Shown: in pieces, positions 1 through 9,653 of the stretch
Layout: each line of letters opens with the position of its first letter
Numbering within the stretch: the stretch's first letter is position 1
Source of the DNA: Candidatus Latescibacterota bacterium
GTDB lineage: Bacteria; Latescibacterota; UBA2968; UBA8231
Length of the DNA: 64,000 nt
Assembly: GCA_965219385.1 (NCBI GenBank)
Contig: CBDCNM010000002.1
Location: 778,639 to 842,638 of the forward strand
Reading direction: 5' to 3'
Made by a program: the position numbers and the translations under genes
The notes under the pieces: model-generated
Database searches by the model: none
What the model saw: only the letters and a program-made list of their open reading frames with translations
Told to the model about the DNA's origin: nothing

Positions 1-473
1 CACGCGGCGAAAAGCGGGCGCAACTGTTCGCTGCTGTCCAGGGGATGGGGCAGGAAAGGGTGCGCCAGCAGGCCGCGCTCCCGCAGCTGGCGCCGCAACG
101 TCCAGTAGGCCATCGCCAGCGAGAGCTTGAAGTAGACCACCACGGCCGCTTCCACGACCTGCTCCAGGCGGGCCGGCTCGGTCAGGGCGGTGCCGTCGCC
201 CACTACGACGATGCCGCAGGGCCTGGAGTTGAGTGCCTTGTCCAGCAGGCGGGCGCGAGCCTGGTGCAACAGGTCCTCTCCCCGACTTTGCACCAGGGCC
301 CACAGGGACTGGCCGGCCTGGTGTTCCACCCACTGGTCCACATCGATGAAGGGCAGACCGGTCAGGGCGGCCAGGTCGCGCCCCACCTGGCGGTACTCGA
401 TGCCGGGAAAACCGATCAGCACCAGTGGCTTGCTCAGCATCACCGTGGGGTGGTGATCGTAATAGTCAGACAC
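1..473 (-). CDS. Shikimate kinase-like protein with degenerate P-loop (runs off the window edge)
   Basis: Manual translation from GTG at 473 (GAGG-rich RBS upstream): MSDYYDHHPTVMLSKPLVLIGFPGIEYRQVGRDLAALTGLPFIDVDQWVEHQAG...GIVVVGDG...VVYFKLS. This is the AroK layout; not in the ORF track. Confidence 0.7.
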   Translation of the reverse strand, partial: MSDYYDHHPTVMLSKPLVLIGFPGIEYRQVGRDLAALTGLPFIDVDQWVEHQAGQSLWALVQSRGEDLLHQARARLLDKALNSRPCGIVVVGDGTALTEPARLEQVVEAAVVVYFKLSLAMAYWTLRRQLRERGLLAHPFLPHPLDSSEQLRPLFAA

Positions 474-678
474 CTCGATCCTCTTCCTCGACCTGCATGT
501 GGTAACTCCCGCGTCTCGAGATCCAGGACCCGGATCCAGTGGTTATCAGCTTGCCCATGCAGGAGTCGAACAAATCGTAGACCGCCTCACCCGAGCGCAT
601 CCCCACCAGCTTGCCGGCTGGATCGATCCGGGCAAAACCGGGCCAGTCGTGCACCCGGTAGGACTTCCAGAAATCCGC
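466..678 (-). pseudogene. Relic of a thioredoxin-like (redoxin/NHL-associated) domain
   Basis: DFWKSYRVHDWPGFARIDPAGKLVGMRSGE resembles the W-P-x4-IDPxG-x5-GE end of redoxin domains. In-frame stop just upstream; no N-terminus. Confidence 0.4.
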
Positions 679-892
679 TCACTTCACCAACACCAGTCGA
701 TCAGCACCTCGGCCGGCGAGTCCTTCCGGCGCCGGCGTAGATAGCGGGAAGGAGAGTTGGTTGGTATATTTTTATTACGGATTGGTTCCATTCATGTTAC
801 ATTTATTCCAGATCCATGTAATTTGTGTCAATCGCCATTCGCGCACCTACCCTGGGTCGCGGGTAATTCGATTTTCCGGGCAAATCCTGCCA

Positions 893-2032
893 ATGGACAA
901 CACAGCTTTGCCACCACCGCCCCTGGAATGGCTCAGGGGCGACCTGCACAACCACTGCGAAAAACACGAGTTGATACCCGAGCACCTCGACGGCGTGGCC
1001 CGGCGGCTGGACTTCATGGCCCTGACCAACCACGCCCAGAAACCCATTTTTTTTGAGCAGCACCGGATGATCGCACGGGCGCGCGAGTTGCTGCCCGGCT
1101 TCCCCCTCTTCTTCGGCCTGGAGTGGAACGCGGCCGGAGGCCGCCACGCCTGCGTGATATTCCCGCCCGGCCCCCGCGAGGCCGAACACGCCTATGCCTT
1201 TTCAAGAGCCTACACCCGCCACGTGGAAGGCAGCAAGCCTTCCATTGACGCGGTCTTGACCCGCCTGAACGCCCTGCCCGAGGAGGAGCGCCCCATCCTG
1301 TTCTTCAACCACCCGGTCCCCGGCCACTGGTCCACAGCCACCATCGACCGCTACCTGAAGGCGGACAGGACCCGGGTCGTGGTCGGCATCGAAGCCGTGC
1401 ACGGCCACCAGGCCCATGCCAAGGCCGCGGCCATGGACCCTTTCACTTACCCGGGAGGGGGGCTCAATGGCCTGGCCGATCACGTGTACCAGAAGGGCAG
1501 GCCCTTCGCGCTCCTGGCCCACTCCGACTTCCACGTCCACAAACAACCCATACGCTACGATTACCCTCTGGGCGTCTTCAACCACACCCTGGTGGGCGTC
1601 GAGCCCGGAGTCCGCGACCCGGCGGCTGCCATCTTTGCCGCCCTGCGCGCGGGCCGCACCTGCGCCGCCCAGGGCCCCTGGCTGGACCTGATCGACTGCT
1701 GCATCGGCCCGAGCCGGTCGGGGGATACCTGGAGAGGGAATGGGGGCAACGCGGGCAAGTTGGTCGTGGCCTTCGAGGCTGGCGAAGACCTGGACGATGT
1801 GGAGTTGATAGGCCGCTTCTCAGGGGATGAAGTCCCGGCCTTGTTGCATTCCTTTGGCCCGCAGCCGGCCGGGCGCACTGAACTTGCCTTCGAGATCCCG
1901 CCCCGGGCGCGTGGCTATGTCCGCCTCCGGGCTGTCTCCGCCAGCCAGGAACGCCCTGCCCCCGGGCCCGTGGGTCCCAAGGTCTTCCAGACTTCGGCCA
2001 TCCTCCTGGATGCGGTCTGCGGTCTAATCTAG
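893..2032 (+). CDS. PHP-domain metallohydrolase
   Basis: WLRGDLHNH, ALTNH, GLEW, FFNHP and HSDFH PHP motifs; ATG at 893 preferred as start. Confidence 0.75.
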   Translation: MDNTALPPPPLEWLRGDLHNHCEKHELIPEHLDGVARRLDFMALTNHAQKPIFFEQHRMIARARELLPGFPLFFGLEWNAAGGRHACVIFPPGPREAEHAYAFSRAYTRHVEGSKPSIDAVLTRLNALPEEERPILFFNHPVPGHWSTATIDRYLKADRTRVVVGIEAVHGHQAHAKAAAMDPFTYPGGGLNGLADHVYQKGRPFALLAHSDFHVHKQPIRYDYPLGVFNHTLVGVEPGVRDPAAAIFAALRAGRTCAAQGPWLDLIDCCIGPSRSGDTWRGNGGNAGKLVVAFEAGEDLDDVELIGRFSGDEVPALLHSFGPQPAGRTELAFEIPPRARGYVRLRAVSASQERPAPGPVGPKVFQTSAILLDAVCGLI

Positions 2033-2317
2033 TTTCAAGCTCACCAGGGTCGCGCCCCAGCTGCCGGCGCCCTCGCCGCCCAGACGAAAAGACTCCACCT
2101 CGGGCAATCGTTCCAGGATCGCGTGCACCGTCCGGCGCAGAGTCCCCGTGCCCTTGCCGTGGACGATCCGCACCTGGAAGATCCCCTTTTCCCGGCAGGC
2201 TTCCAGGTAGTCCGGCACCAGGTCTTTGACCTCCCGGGGCTGGAAGTTGTGCAGATCCAGGGTGCCATCGATCGGCACTTCGACCGGTTCCATTTCGTCC
2301 CGGGTTTCTTCATCCAT
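2024..2317 (-). CDS. Smr/MutS2 family endonuclease domain protein
   Basis: LDLH, RIVHGKGTGTLR and GSWGATLV motifs. Confidence 0.9.
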   Translation of the reverse strand: MDEETRDEMEPVEVPIDGTLDLHNFQPREVKDLVPDYLEACREKGIFQVRIVHGKGTGTLRRTVHAILERLPEVESFRLGGEGAGSWGATLVSLKLD

Positions 2318-2391
2318 TGGCTGTTCCGGCTGAGTGGGCTGCCGCCGCATACGTATAGTAGAGAGGCAAAAAAATCAGTTTCTGCGCCGAT

Positions 2392-2988
2392 TCATCGATC
2401 TTTTATCTGTGGCATCTGGTAGCCCCCCAGCTGCAGAAACTGACCCACAAAGCGGTAGGTGAGCCCCCACAACACAGGCCGTCCCGGTCCGAGCAGATCG
2501 ATGGCCGGATGCACGTGATCGGCACCGTGGTAGTGAAAACTGCACGCCACCTGCCGCCCGGGGTCGACCAGATCTCCCACCGGCACCCAGAAGACCTCCC
2601 GGACCTCGTCGTTCAGCGCGAAAGGGCCGGGACTTTCCACAAGGTACACAAACCCCGCGACCAGGACCGGTAAGGTCGCGCCCGTGAGGTCGTCCAGGCG
2701 CCCCAGGTACTGGGTGCCTGCCAGGTCGAGCCCGATCTCTTCGAGGGTCTCGCGCTCTGCGGCGCAGCGAGGCTCCCGGTCGCCCGGCTCTACCTTGCCT
2801 CCGGGAAAGGCAATGTGCCCGGACCAGGGATCCCCTTCGCGTTTGGAGCGCTCGATGAAGAGTAGCCGCAACGTCCCGGAATCCTCGTGCAGGACCGCGG
2901 CAACAGCGGCCTGCGTCTTGCGCTCATCCGCCAGCAACCGCGGGGAACGCTCTGCCAGACAACGCCGGATGTCCTCAACCGTAATCAT
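2392..2988 (-). CDS. Nudix hydrolase, CoA pyrophosphatase-like
   Basis: WSGHIAFPGGKVEPGD..AAERETLEEIG Nudix box; LWGLT near the C-terminus. Confidence 0.9.
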   Translation of the reverse strand: MITVEDIRRCLAERSPRLLADERKTQAAVAAVLHEDSGTLRLLFIERSKREGDPWSGHIAFPGGKVEPGDREPRCAAERETLEEIGLDLAGTQYLGRLDDLTGATLPVLVAGFVYLVESPGPFALNDEVREVFWVPVGDLVDPGRQVACSFHYHGADHVHPAIDLLGPGRPVLWGLTYRFVGQFLQLGGYQMPQIKDR

Positions 2989-3219
2989 GCCGGTCCCCAA
3001 CGATGAGATCGTGCGGAAAAGCCGTAGATGTTGACAATGAAGCCTGAATTTCCGCCAAGGAGTCGCCTCCTGTCGACGGTCGCCTTGAAGGGCCGAATGT
3101 GAGAGAATTAGTGACACGCGAAAGATATCGTCAACCTTCGACCTCTTCTGGCGCCGGCGAGGATAGCGGTAGCGTGATCCTCAAAGGGAGCTTTCCGCCC
3201 ATTTACATTGAGGTTATTC

Positions 3220-3248
3220 TTGACGCGTTGACCTCATAGTCCCATAAT
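3220..3248 (+). promoter_or_regulatory. Sigma70-type promoter
   Basis: TTGACG-17 bp-CATAAT, followed by a GAGGGG RBS and ATG at 3277. Confidence 0.5.
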
Positions 3249-3350
3249 GGAAAGAAACCAGAGGGGAGTATACGCGATGGTTGTGCACGGAAGTCATCAT
3301 CATGCACGACGTCCTGTGTAGTGGTAGCGAAATACAGTCGACAATAACGT

Positions 3351-3587
3351 TTGACATACGGCTATCGCGATGCCCCCCACGGTATACGTGCGAAAATCAG
3401 CACCGACAATGGCATCACCTGGGGCGAAGAGCTCATCCTGCGCGATGATGGTGGCAACCCTGACATCGGTTATCCGCGCACTGTCCAGCGATCCGACGGC
3501 AAGATGGTCACGGTCTACTACTTTAATGATCACCCGGACGGGGACCGATACATCGCTGCGACAATCTGGGAACCGGGAGACGGATAG
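3351..3587 (+). pseudogene. C-terminal fragment of a BNR/Asp-box (sialidase-like) protein
   Basis: TYGYR...ISTDNGITW (Asp box)...DIGYP...VTVYYF; only the last ~78 aa are present. Confidence 0.7.
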
Positions 3588-3598
3588 CCGAGGTAGGT

Positions 3599-5314
3599 TT
3601 AGGCGTGGCCTCCTCCTGCTCGCTTCTCGATCCTGGCCCACGAATCGCGCAGCGATACGGTGCGATTGAAGACCAGTTTTTCGACCGAAGAATCTACCGA
3701 ATCGACGCAGAAATACCCCTGCCTTTCGAACTGGCAGGTGGCACCCGGGCGGGCGGCGGCCAGAGCCGGCTCGACCCGGCACTCCTGTAGAACCTCCAGC
3801 GAGTCCAGGTTCAGGTGGGCGAGGAAATCGGCGCCGGGTTTTTCCACGGTGAAGAGCCGGTCGTAGAGCCGGACCTCGGCCTTTAGGGCATGGGCGGCCG
3901 AAACCCAGTGGATCGTCCCCCTGACCTTGCGTCCATCCGGCGATGAGCCCCCCCGCGTCTGCGGGTCGTGGGTGCAGTGCAACTCGATGACCTCGCCGGT
4001 CTTTTCGTCCTTCACCACATCCACACAGGTGATGTAGTAGCCGTAGCGCAGCCGCACCTCGCGGCCGGGGGCCAGGCGAAAGAATTTTTTCGGCGGGTCC
4101 TGGCGGAAATCTTCGCGCTCGATGTAGAGCTCGCGCGAGAAAGGCACCTGCCGCGTGCCCGTGCTCTCGTCCTCTGGATTGTTCACCGCCTCCAGCTCCT
4201 CTACCTGATCTTCCGGGTAGTTGTCTATGATCACCTTGAGCGGCTTCAATACCCCCATGAAGCGGGGCGCGCGTTTGTTCAGATCTGCGCGGATGCCGTG
4301 CTCCAGCAGGGCCACATCCACCATGTTGTCGCGCTTGGCCACGCCGATTTCCTCGCAGAAGTCGCGGATGGCCTCCGGGGTGTAGCCGCGGCGGCGCAGA
4401 CCCGACAAGGTCGGCATGCGCGGGTCGTTCCAGCCGCTGACGTGGCCTTCCTCCACCAGTTGCATCAAAAAACGCTTGCTCAACACGGTGTAGCTGAGGT
4501 TGAGCCGGGCGAATTCGGTCTGCTCGGGCGGATCCTGGATCTCCGCTTCCCTCAGCACCCAATCGTAGAGGGCGCGGTTGTTTTCGAACTCCAGGGTGCA
4601 GAGGGAATGGGTGACTCCTTCGATGGCGTCCGACAGGCACTGGGTAAAATCGTACATAGGGTAGATGCACCAGGCATCGCCGGTGCGGTAGTGCGCCTGG
4701 TGGCGGATGCGGTAAAGGACCGGATCGCGCATGGTGATATTGGGTGAGGCCATGTCGATTCTGGCGCGCAACACGTGTTCGCCGTCGGCGAATTCGCCCG
4801 CCCGCATGCGCTCGAACAGGTCCAGATTTTCCTCGCCCGATCGGTTGCGGTACGGGCTGTCCTTGCCCGACTCGGTCAGGGTGCCCCGGTGCTCTCTGAT
4901 TTCCTCGGCGCTCTGACTGTCCACGTAGGCCTTGCCCTTTTTGATCAGTTTCGCGGCGTACTGATAGAGTTGCTCGTAGTAGTCGGAGGCAAAGTAGTTC
5001 CGGTCCTCCCAGTCCCAACCCAACCAGCGCACGTCCTCCTTGATCGACTCGACGTATTCGACATCTTCCTTTTCCGGGTTGGTATCATCGAAGCGCAGGT
5101 TGCACACCCCGCCGAACTCCTGGGCCACCCCGAAGTCGAGGCACACGGCCTTGGCATGGCCGATGTGCAGGTAGCCGTTGGGTTCGGGAGGGAACCGGGT
5201 CATGACCTGCCTCCCAAATTTATTGTTCTTCACATCCTCCGCGATTTTGCCGCGGATGAAATCGCTAGAGGCATTCGAATCGGCGGTGGTTCCTTCAACT
5301 TTGCTCTTATCCAT
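3599..5314 (-). CDS. glnS: Glutamine--tRNA ligase
   Basis: [38 protein letters not shown] and QFERQGYF motifs. Confidence 0.98.
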   Translation of the reverse strand: MDKSKVEGTTADSNASSDFIRGKIAEDVKNNKFGRQVMTRFPPEPNGYLHIGHAKAVCLDFGVAQEFGGVCNLRFDDTNPEKEDVEYVESIKEDVRWLGWDWEDRNYFASDYYEQLYQYAAKLIKKGKAYVDSQSAEEIREHRGTLTESGKDSPYRNRSGEENLDLFERMRAGEFADGEHVLRARIDMASPNITMRDPVLYRIRHQAHYRTGDAWCIYPMYDFTQCLSDAIEGVTHSLCTLEFENNRALYDWVLREAEIQDPPEQTEFARLNLSYTVLSKRFLMQLVEEGHVSGWNDPRMPTLSGLRRRGYTPEAIRDFCEEIGVAKRDNMVDVALLEHGIRADLNKRAPRFMGVLKPLKVIIDNYPEDQVEELEAVNNPEDESTGTRQVPFSRELYIEREDFRQDPPKKFFRLAPGREVRLRYGYYITCVDVVKDEKTGEVIELHCTHDPQTRGGSSPDGRKVRGTIHWVSAAHALKAEVRLYDRLFTVEKPGADFLAHLNLDSLEVLQECRVEPALAAARPGATCQFERQGYFCVDSVDSSVEKLVFNRTVSLRDSWARIEKRAGGGHA

Positions 5315-5369
5315 GGAGTTTGCGCCTCGATCCCAGGTAGTAAGATTCGTCGTGCATAGACCAATAGAT

Positions 5370-5600
5370 TTATGGAGAATTTACCATCTTAGTCACTACC
5401 CCGGTGAAGCTGTGCTCGTCGTAGCCGCCGGCCTGGACGATGAGGCACCGGGTTTCGCTGGCGCTCAGGTTTACCAGCTGGATGCCGGCGCGGGCGGGAG
5501 CCAGGCTGTCGACCAAGGCGGCCACGTCCAGGGGCAAACCGGGGCGCCAGCGGTCGCTGTCGACCTGGATGGACTGCAGCTCGGGAGTGGATGCAGTCAT
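5370..5600 (-). pseudogene. Probable C-terminal fragment of a conserved hypothetical protein
   Basis: 76 aa, RPGLPLDVAALV...LVNL...IVQAGGYDEHSF; looks like a fragment of a larger protein. Confidence 0.35.
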
Positions 5601-5676
5601 GTGGATATCCTCCTTGGGTAATTTCGGTAAAACCTAAATAAACTCGAGACGGCTGACAAGAAGGATTGCGGAGCCA

Positions 5677-5706
5677 TTGACTCGACCCTGTTCACGGGGG
5701 TATTAT
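5677..5706 (+). promoter_or_regulatory. Sigma70-type promoter of the Gfo/Idh/MocA gene
   Basis: TTGACT-18 bp-TATTAT. Confidence 0.45.
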
Positions 5707-5838
5707 TGAAGCTCGTCGGGGGTGAGGATCTGGTGGGGGGCAAGAGAGCCCTGGACTCACCCAACGCTAGAGGCAATGTCTCCTTTCGGCCGTTCGCCGC
5801 TATCGTCGAGTACTGATAATGCGAGAAAGGACTGCAAC

Positions 5839-6897
5839 ATGAGTACAGCCAAACACCGGGTAGCCATCATCGGCTGCGGCAGCCACGGCGAGTACGTGGC
5901 GCGCACCTACGCAGCCTTCCCAGAGACCGAAATCGTGGCCGTTGCCGAGCACAATCCCGAGCGCCGCAAGACCATGGGTGAACGCTTCGGGGTCCGGGCG
6001 CTCTATCCGGATGTCCACGCCCTCCTCGAGGACGAGGTGCCGGATATCGCCGTGGCCGTCACCCCCTGCAAGTACTACAAGGAAGTGGTCATCGCCTGCG
6101 CCGAGGCCGGAGTGAAGGGGGTCTCCACGGATAAGCCCCTGGCCGCGGTACTGGCAGATGCGGACGAGATGGTGGAGGTTTGCCGGGCGCGCGGCGTGGT
6201 CTACGGGGGAGGGACCATGCAGCGCGCCGCGTACGAGGTGCAGGAGGCGGCCCGGCGACTCCGCGCCGGCGAGTTCGGCGCCCTGCATGGGGCCTGCGTG
6301 CGCCGTCTGGGCAGTGAGATCTCGGGTGGGGGCTGCCAGGCCATCTCGGTGCTGCGGTTGCTGGCCGATGCCGAGATAGAGGAGGTGATGGCATGGGCGG
6401 CGCCTGAAGGGGGCATGGCCGAGGATATGCTGACCCCGGACCGGGACGTGGGCTGGATTTTCAGCGGCCGCTTTCGCCTCGGCAACGGGATGGAGTGTCC
6501 GGTGCTGGGCAACGCGCAGGGGGGCGTAGAGGTGTGGAGCGAAGACAGCCTGGTCCGCTGGGATTGGGAGCCGCCGGAGATCTTCAAGGGCTTTGGCCCT
6601 GATGGCGCGCGCCGGCGCATCGATCCCGGGTACGAGTCCCAGCCCTATAATGAATTCGTCAGCTCGTCGATCGGCGCGGCGCGCTCCTTTGTAAAAGCTG
6701 TGGAGACCGGCAGCGAACCGTGGGTAACGGGACACGACATGCGGCAGGCCCTGGAAGTGGCCATCGCCTGCGTGCGCTCGGCCCGTCTGGGGAGCGTGCC
6801 GGTGAAGCTGCCGCTGGAAGACCGTTCTCTGAGGTTGTACCCGAGTCCCTACCGGTGGAAAGGGGGCGACGCAGTCGGGCGTCCTGTGCATTGGTAG
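5839..6897 (+). CDS. Gfo/Idh/MocA family oxidoreductase
   Basis: VAIIGCGSHG Rossmann motif and TDKPLA; AAAGGA RBS before ATG 5839. Confidence 0.9.
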   Translation: MSTAKHRVAIIGCGSHGEYVARTYAAFPETEIVAVAEHNPERRKTMGERFGVRALYPDVHALLEDEVPDIAVAVTPCKYYKEVVIACAEAGVKGVSTDKPLAAVLADADEMVEVCRARGVVYGGGTMQRAAYEVQEAARRLRAGEFGALHGACVRRLGSEISGGGCQAISVLRLLADAEIEEVMAWAAPEGGMAEDMLTPDRDVGWIFSGRFRLGNGMECPVLGNAQGGVEVWSEDSLVRWDWEPPEIFKGFGPDGARRRIDPGYESQPYNEFVSSSIGAARSFVKAVETGSEPWVTGHDMRQALEVAIACVRSARLGSVPVKLPLEDRSLRLYPSPYRWKGGDAVGRPVHW

Positions 6898-7040
6898 ATC
6901 CGGTGCTTTTCCTCTTGGCAGTCCTGTCTTTTTGTCGTAGTATTGTCCGCTAAGTTTAAAACGGCCAAGCTATTGCGCTTCATCTTAATTGGTTTACAGC
7001 TTTGAGTGACTTTGGTGAAGCTCAATAAAGGAGGCGGCAG

Positions 7041-7478
7041 ATGTTGAAAGTAGGGGATAAAGCGCCCGAGTTTTCGGTTGCGGCCCATACGGGTGAAGAG
7101 GTGAAGATGAGTGATTACAGCGGCAGGACCGTGGTACTCTGGTTCTATCCGGCGGCCGCTACCGGTGGCTGAACGGCCGAGGGTAGCGGATTCCGTGATC
7201 GAATCCGCGATTTCGAAGCAAAGAATGTGCAGATCCTGGGGATCAGTACGGATACCGTAGAGGACAATGCCGCCTTTGCCGAGAAGAACGAATTTCCCTT
7301 CCCGTTGCTGTGCGATACCGGGCGCCAGGTCGGTGTGACCTATGGGGCGTGCGACAGCCCCGAGGCGGCGCGCGCCCAACGGATTACCTATGTGATCGGA
7401 CCGGACGGGGGGATCCTCCAGGCGCATGCCGAGGTCGATGCCAGGACACATCCTGGGGAGATTCTGGCCTCTTTGTAA
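7041..7478 (+). CDS. bcp: Selenocysteine-containing peroxiredoxin (Bcp/PrxQ family), UGA at codon 44
   Basis: AAGGAGG RBS and ATG 7041: MLKVGDKAPEF...VVLWFYPAAATGG-[TGA 7170-7172]-TAEGSGFRD..., continuing in frame into ORF 7227..7478. The TGA sits at the peroxidatic Cys of the FYPxxxTxGCTxE motif. Confidence 0.9.
7178..7215 (+). promoter_or_regulatory. Bacterial SECIS-like stem-loop
   Basis: GCGGATTC (7186-7193) / GAATCCGC (7201-7208) perfect 8-bp stem with loop CGTGATC, starting 13 nt after the UGA; extendable with G-U pairs. Confidence 0.75.
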
Positions 7479-7517
7479 ATCCCTGTGGACGAGTTACTAA
7501 GTGACGGAGGAGTCGGC

Positions 7518-8327
7518 ATGATCAAGGTTGGAATCTACGCTTCCATGTTCGGCAAGGACGATCCGCCGCAACTGGTGGATGTCGAGAGTTTTATCGAACT
7601 GGCCTACGAGCTGAAACTGGACGGGATGGATTTCCGCAGCGACGTGGGGTTTCAATCCAGGGAGCCGGATTATCTGCGCGGCATCAAGATAAAGTGCCTG
7701 AAATACGGCCTGCCCATAGGCTACCTGGCCTCCAGGGGCCACTTTGTGGGCCGCGAAGAGGAGTTGCGCGAGAAGATGGAGCGGATCCGGGAAGACGTGG
7801 ATATGGCGGTTTTTCTGGGAGCGCCGATGATCCGGGTATTCTGCGGCGAGCGGCCCGGGAGCGCCGCAGCCCAGGAAACCGAGATCCGCTGCTTTCAGGA
7901 GGCCTGCGACATCGCCGCCGAGAAGGGCATCATCGTGGGCCTGCAGAACCATCCGTGCACGGGCGAGGATGTGCTGCGCCTCCTGGAGAAAACCGGGCGC
8001 GAGAACTTCACCCTGATCATGGATACCGGACAGTGGACCGGGTCGCCGGCCAGGAACCAAGGCGTGCCCGACCCCAATTGCGATATCTACAAGTTTATGG
8101 AGCAGACCGCGGCGCACGCCTCCTGTGTGCGCGCCAAGTTCTACAAGATCGACAGCGGCCGGGAGGAGTGGGTGGACTACGCCCGTATTGTGGAGATCCT
8201 CAAGGGGGTAGATTTCAACGGCACCATGGGGATTGTCTTCGAGGGCAAGGATATCAACGACTGCGATGACCGCGAGGTCATGCGGCGGGCGGCCGGGCAT
8301 CTGCGCGAGCTACTGGCGGCTGGTTAG
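7518..8327 (+). CDS. Sugar phosphate isomerase/epimerase (xylose isomerase-like TIM barrel)
   Basis: GAPMIRVF, GLQNH, MDTGQW and VFEG motifs. Confidence 0.85.
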   Translation: MIKVGIYASMFGKDDPPQLVDVESFIELAYELKLDGMDFRSDVGFQSREPDYLRGIKIKCLKYGLPIGYLASRGHFVGREEELREKMERIREDVDMAVFLGAPMIRVFCGERPGSAAAQETEIRCFQEACDIAAEKGIIVGLQNHPCTGEDVLRLLEKTGRENFTLIMDTGQWTGSPARNQGVPDPNCDIYKFMEQTAAHASCVRAKFYKIDSGREEWVDYARIVEILKGVDFNGTMGIVFEGKDINDCDDREVMRRAAGHLRELLAAG

Positions 8328-9538
8328 TCTGCCAAGGATTTGCCTTCCTTCTGGGTGCGCTCGTAGATCTCTTCGAATTCCTTTGAGCCATCCTCGTACC
8401 ACAGTTCGGATTTGAAGCCGCGGACGGTGCCTTCCTCGCCTTCGGGTGCCACGTGGGAGGGGCCGTAGAAGGTGTGCCCGCCGGGCATGTGCAGCACCCC
8501 CACGTACCGGGGGGGGGTCCTGTGGGACTGCGCGGCCAGGCGCGCCAGGGCTTCCTCGTCCACCTCGTAACCCAGACCCGGACCTTCGGGTACGGGCGAG
8601 TAGCCCTCGGTCACGGGGATCCGCTCGGTGGTGATGTCCTCTTCGTACTGGTCGTCCAGGTCGATGGAATGGCCGGAACAGGTGGGCAGCACCGCGGCCA
8701 GGTGCAGGGCCAGGGCCTTGGTCAGGGTGCCGCCGGTGATCTGTATCAGGGTGCGGATATTGGCCTTGCCAAAGGTGAAGCCGGTGGCCAGGGTATCCCC
8801 GATGCCGCCGCCCAGCATGTAGATATCGGCCAGGCCCTGGATGATTTCCTGGACGCCGCCCAGGGGGAATCCGTGCATGATGATCGGCAGCTGGGTCTGC
8901 TCGCGCAGCCGGCGCCAGCTGTCAAAGTCGTTCTTGACCAGGGGGTCTTCGATGTAGCCGACGACGGGGTGGTTCTTTTCCAGCTCTTTGACGATGGGGA
9001 GGACCGCGGCCAGGGTGCGGTTGCCGTTGAAGTCCCAGTGGATCTTGAAGCCGGGGGGCGCTGCTTCGGCGGCCAGGCGGGTCTGCTCGATCACGTCGTG
9101 ATGGGAGCAGGAGTGCATCTTGAAGATGGTATAGCCCTGCTGGGCGGCGCGCGCGATTTCACTGCGAAAATCCTCCGGGGAAGCCGGCCGGGTCCAGGCC
9201 GCCACCGAGACGGCGTTGCGCACCTTCTGGCCCATCAGCTTGTAGGCCGGCACTTCGAGGTACTTGCCCATGACATCGTAGAGCGCCCCGCCCAGGGCCG
9301 GGTCGAGGTTGTTGTGGATGAAGTCGAAGGGGTCGCGGCCGATGAGGTGTTTTACGTCCTCTTGGGAGAATGTGGCCCCGGGGCGGACCCGGACGTCGCC
9401 GTAGCCCACCAGGCCGTTGTCGGTGTGGACCTTGTAGACCACGCGGCAGTCGATGCCGTAGAGGTCGACCGCGCGGTGCGCGTAGCGTTGGGCCAGGCGC
9501 GGGGAAATAGGGATGATTTCGATGTTGGTGATTTTCAT
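8324..9538 (-). CDS. Mandelate racemase/muconate lactonizing enzyme (enolase superfamily)
   Basis: VHTDNGLVGYGD, ALYDVMGK...PAYKLMG, DFN, IEDP and PEGPGLGYEVD motifs. Confidence 0.9.
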   Translation of the reverse strand: MKITNIEIIPISPRLAQRYAHRAVDLYGIDCRVVYKVHTDNGLVGYGDVRVRPGATFSQEDVKHLIGRDPFDFIHNNLDPALGGALYDVMGKYLEVPAYKLMGQKVRNAVSVAAWTRPASPEDFRSEIARAAQQGYTIFKMHSCSHHDVIEQTRLAAEAAPPGFKIHWDFNGNRTLAAVLPIVKELEKNHPVVGYIEDPLVKNDFDSWRRLREQTQLPIIMHGFPLGGVQEIIQGLADIYMLGGGIGDTLATGFTFGKANIRTLIQITGGTLTKALALHLAAVLPTCSGHSIDLDDQYEEDITTERIPVTEGYSPVPEGPGLGYEVDEEALARLAAQSHRTPPRYVGVLHMPGGHTFYGPSHVAPEGEEGTVRGFKSELWYEDGSKEFEEIYERTQKEGKSLAD

Positions 9539-9579
9539 ACAGGGCTCCTGAGGTTGGAGACGGGATCAAAGTGAAGGTA

Positions 9580-9608
9580 ATGTTAGGGAAGCAGACGCGG
9601 GTTGTCAA
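9580..9608 (-). promoter_or_regulatory. Sigma70-type promoter of the enolase-superfamily gene
   Basis: Minus strand TTGACA-17 bp-TAACAT. Confidence 0.6.
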
Positions 9609-9617
9609 TTGCGGACG

Positions 9618-9653
9618 ATTTACGAAATAAATGTCGCCGCGTTCAATAGCCAT
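9618..9653 (-). pseudogene. N-terminal relic of a MazF/PemK toxin
   Basis: MAIERGDIYFVN, with its ATG overlapping the upstream TAA; matches the RGDIY(F/W)V start of PemK/MazF. Confidence 0.45.

Noticed and set aside
679..700. TGA following C-W on the minus strand as a second Sec site
   Set aside because: It is not in the frame of the redoxin relic, and no SECIS-like stem or sensible continuation follows.
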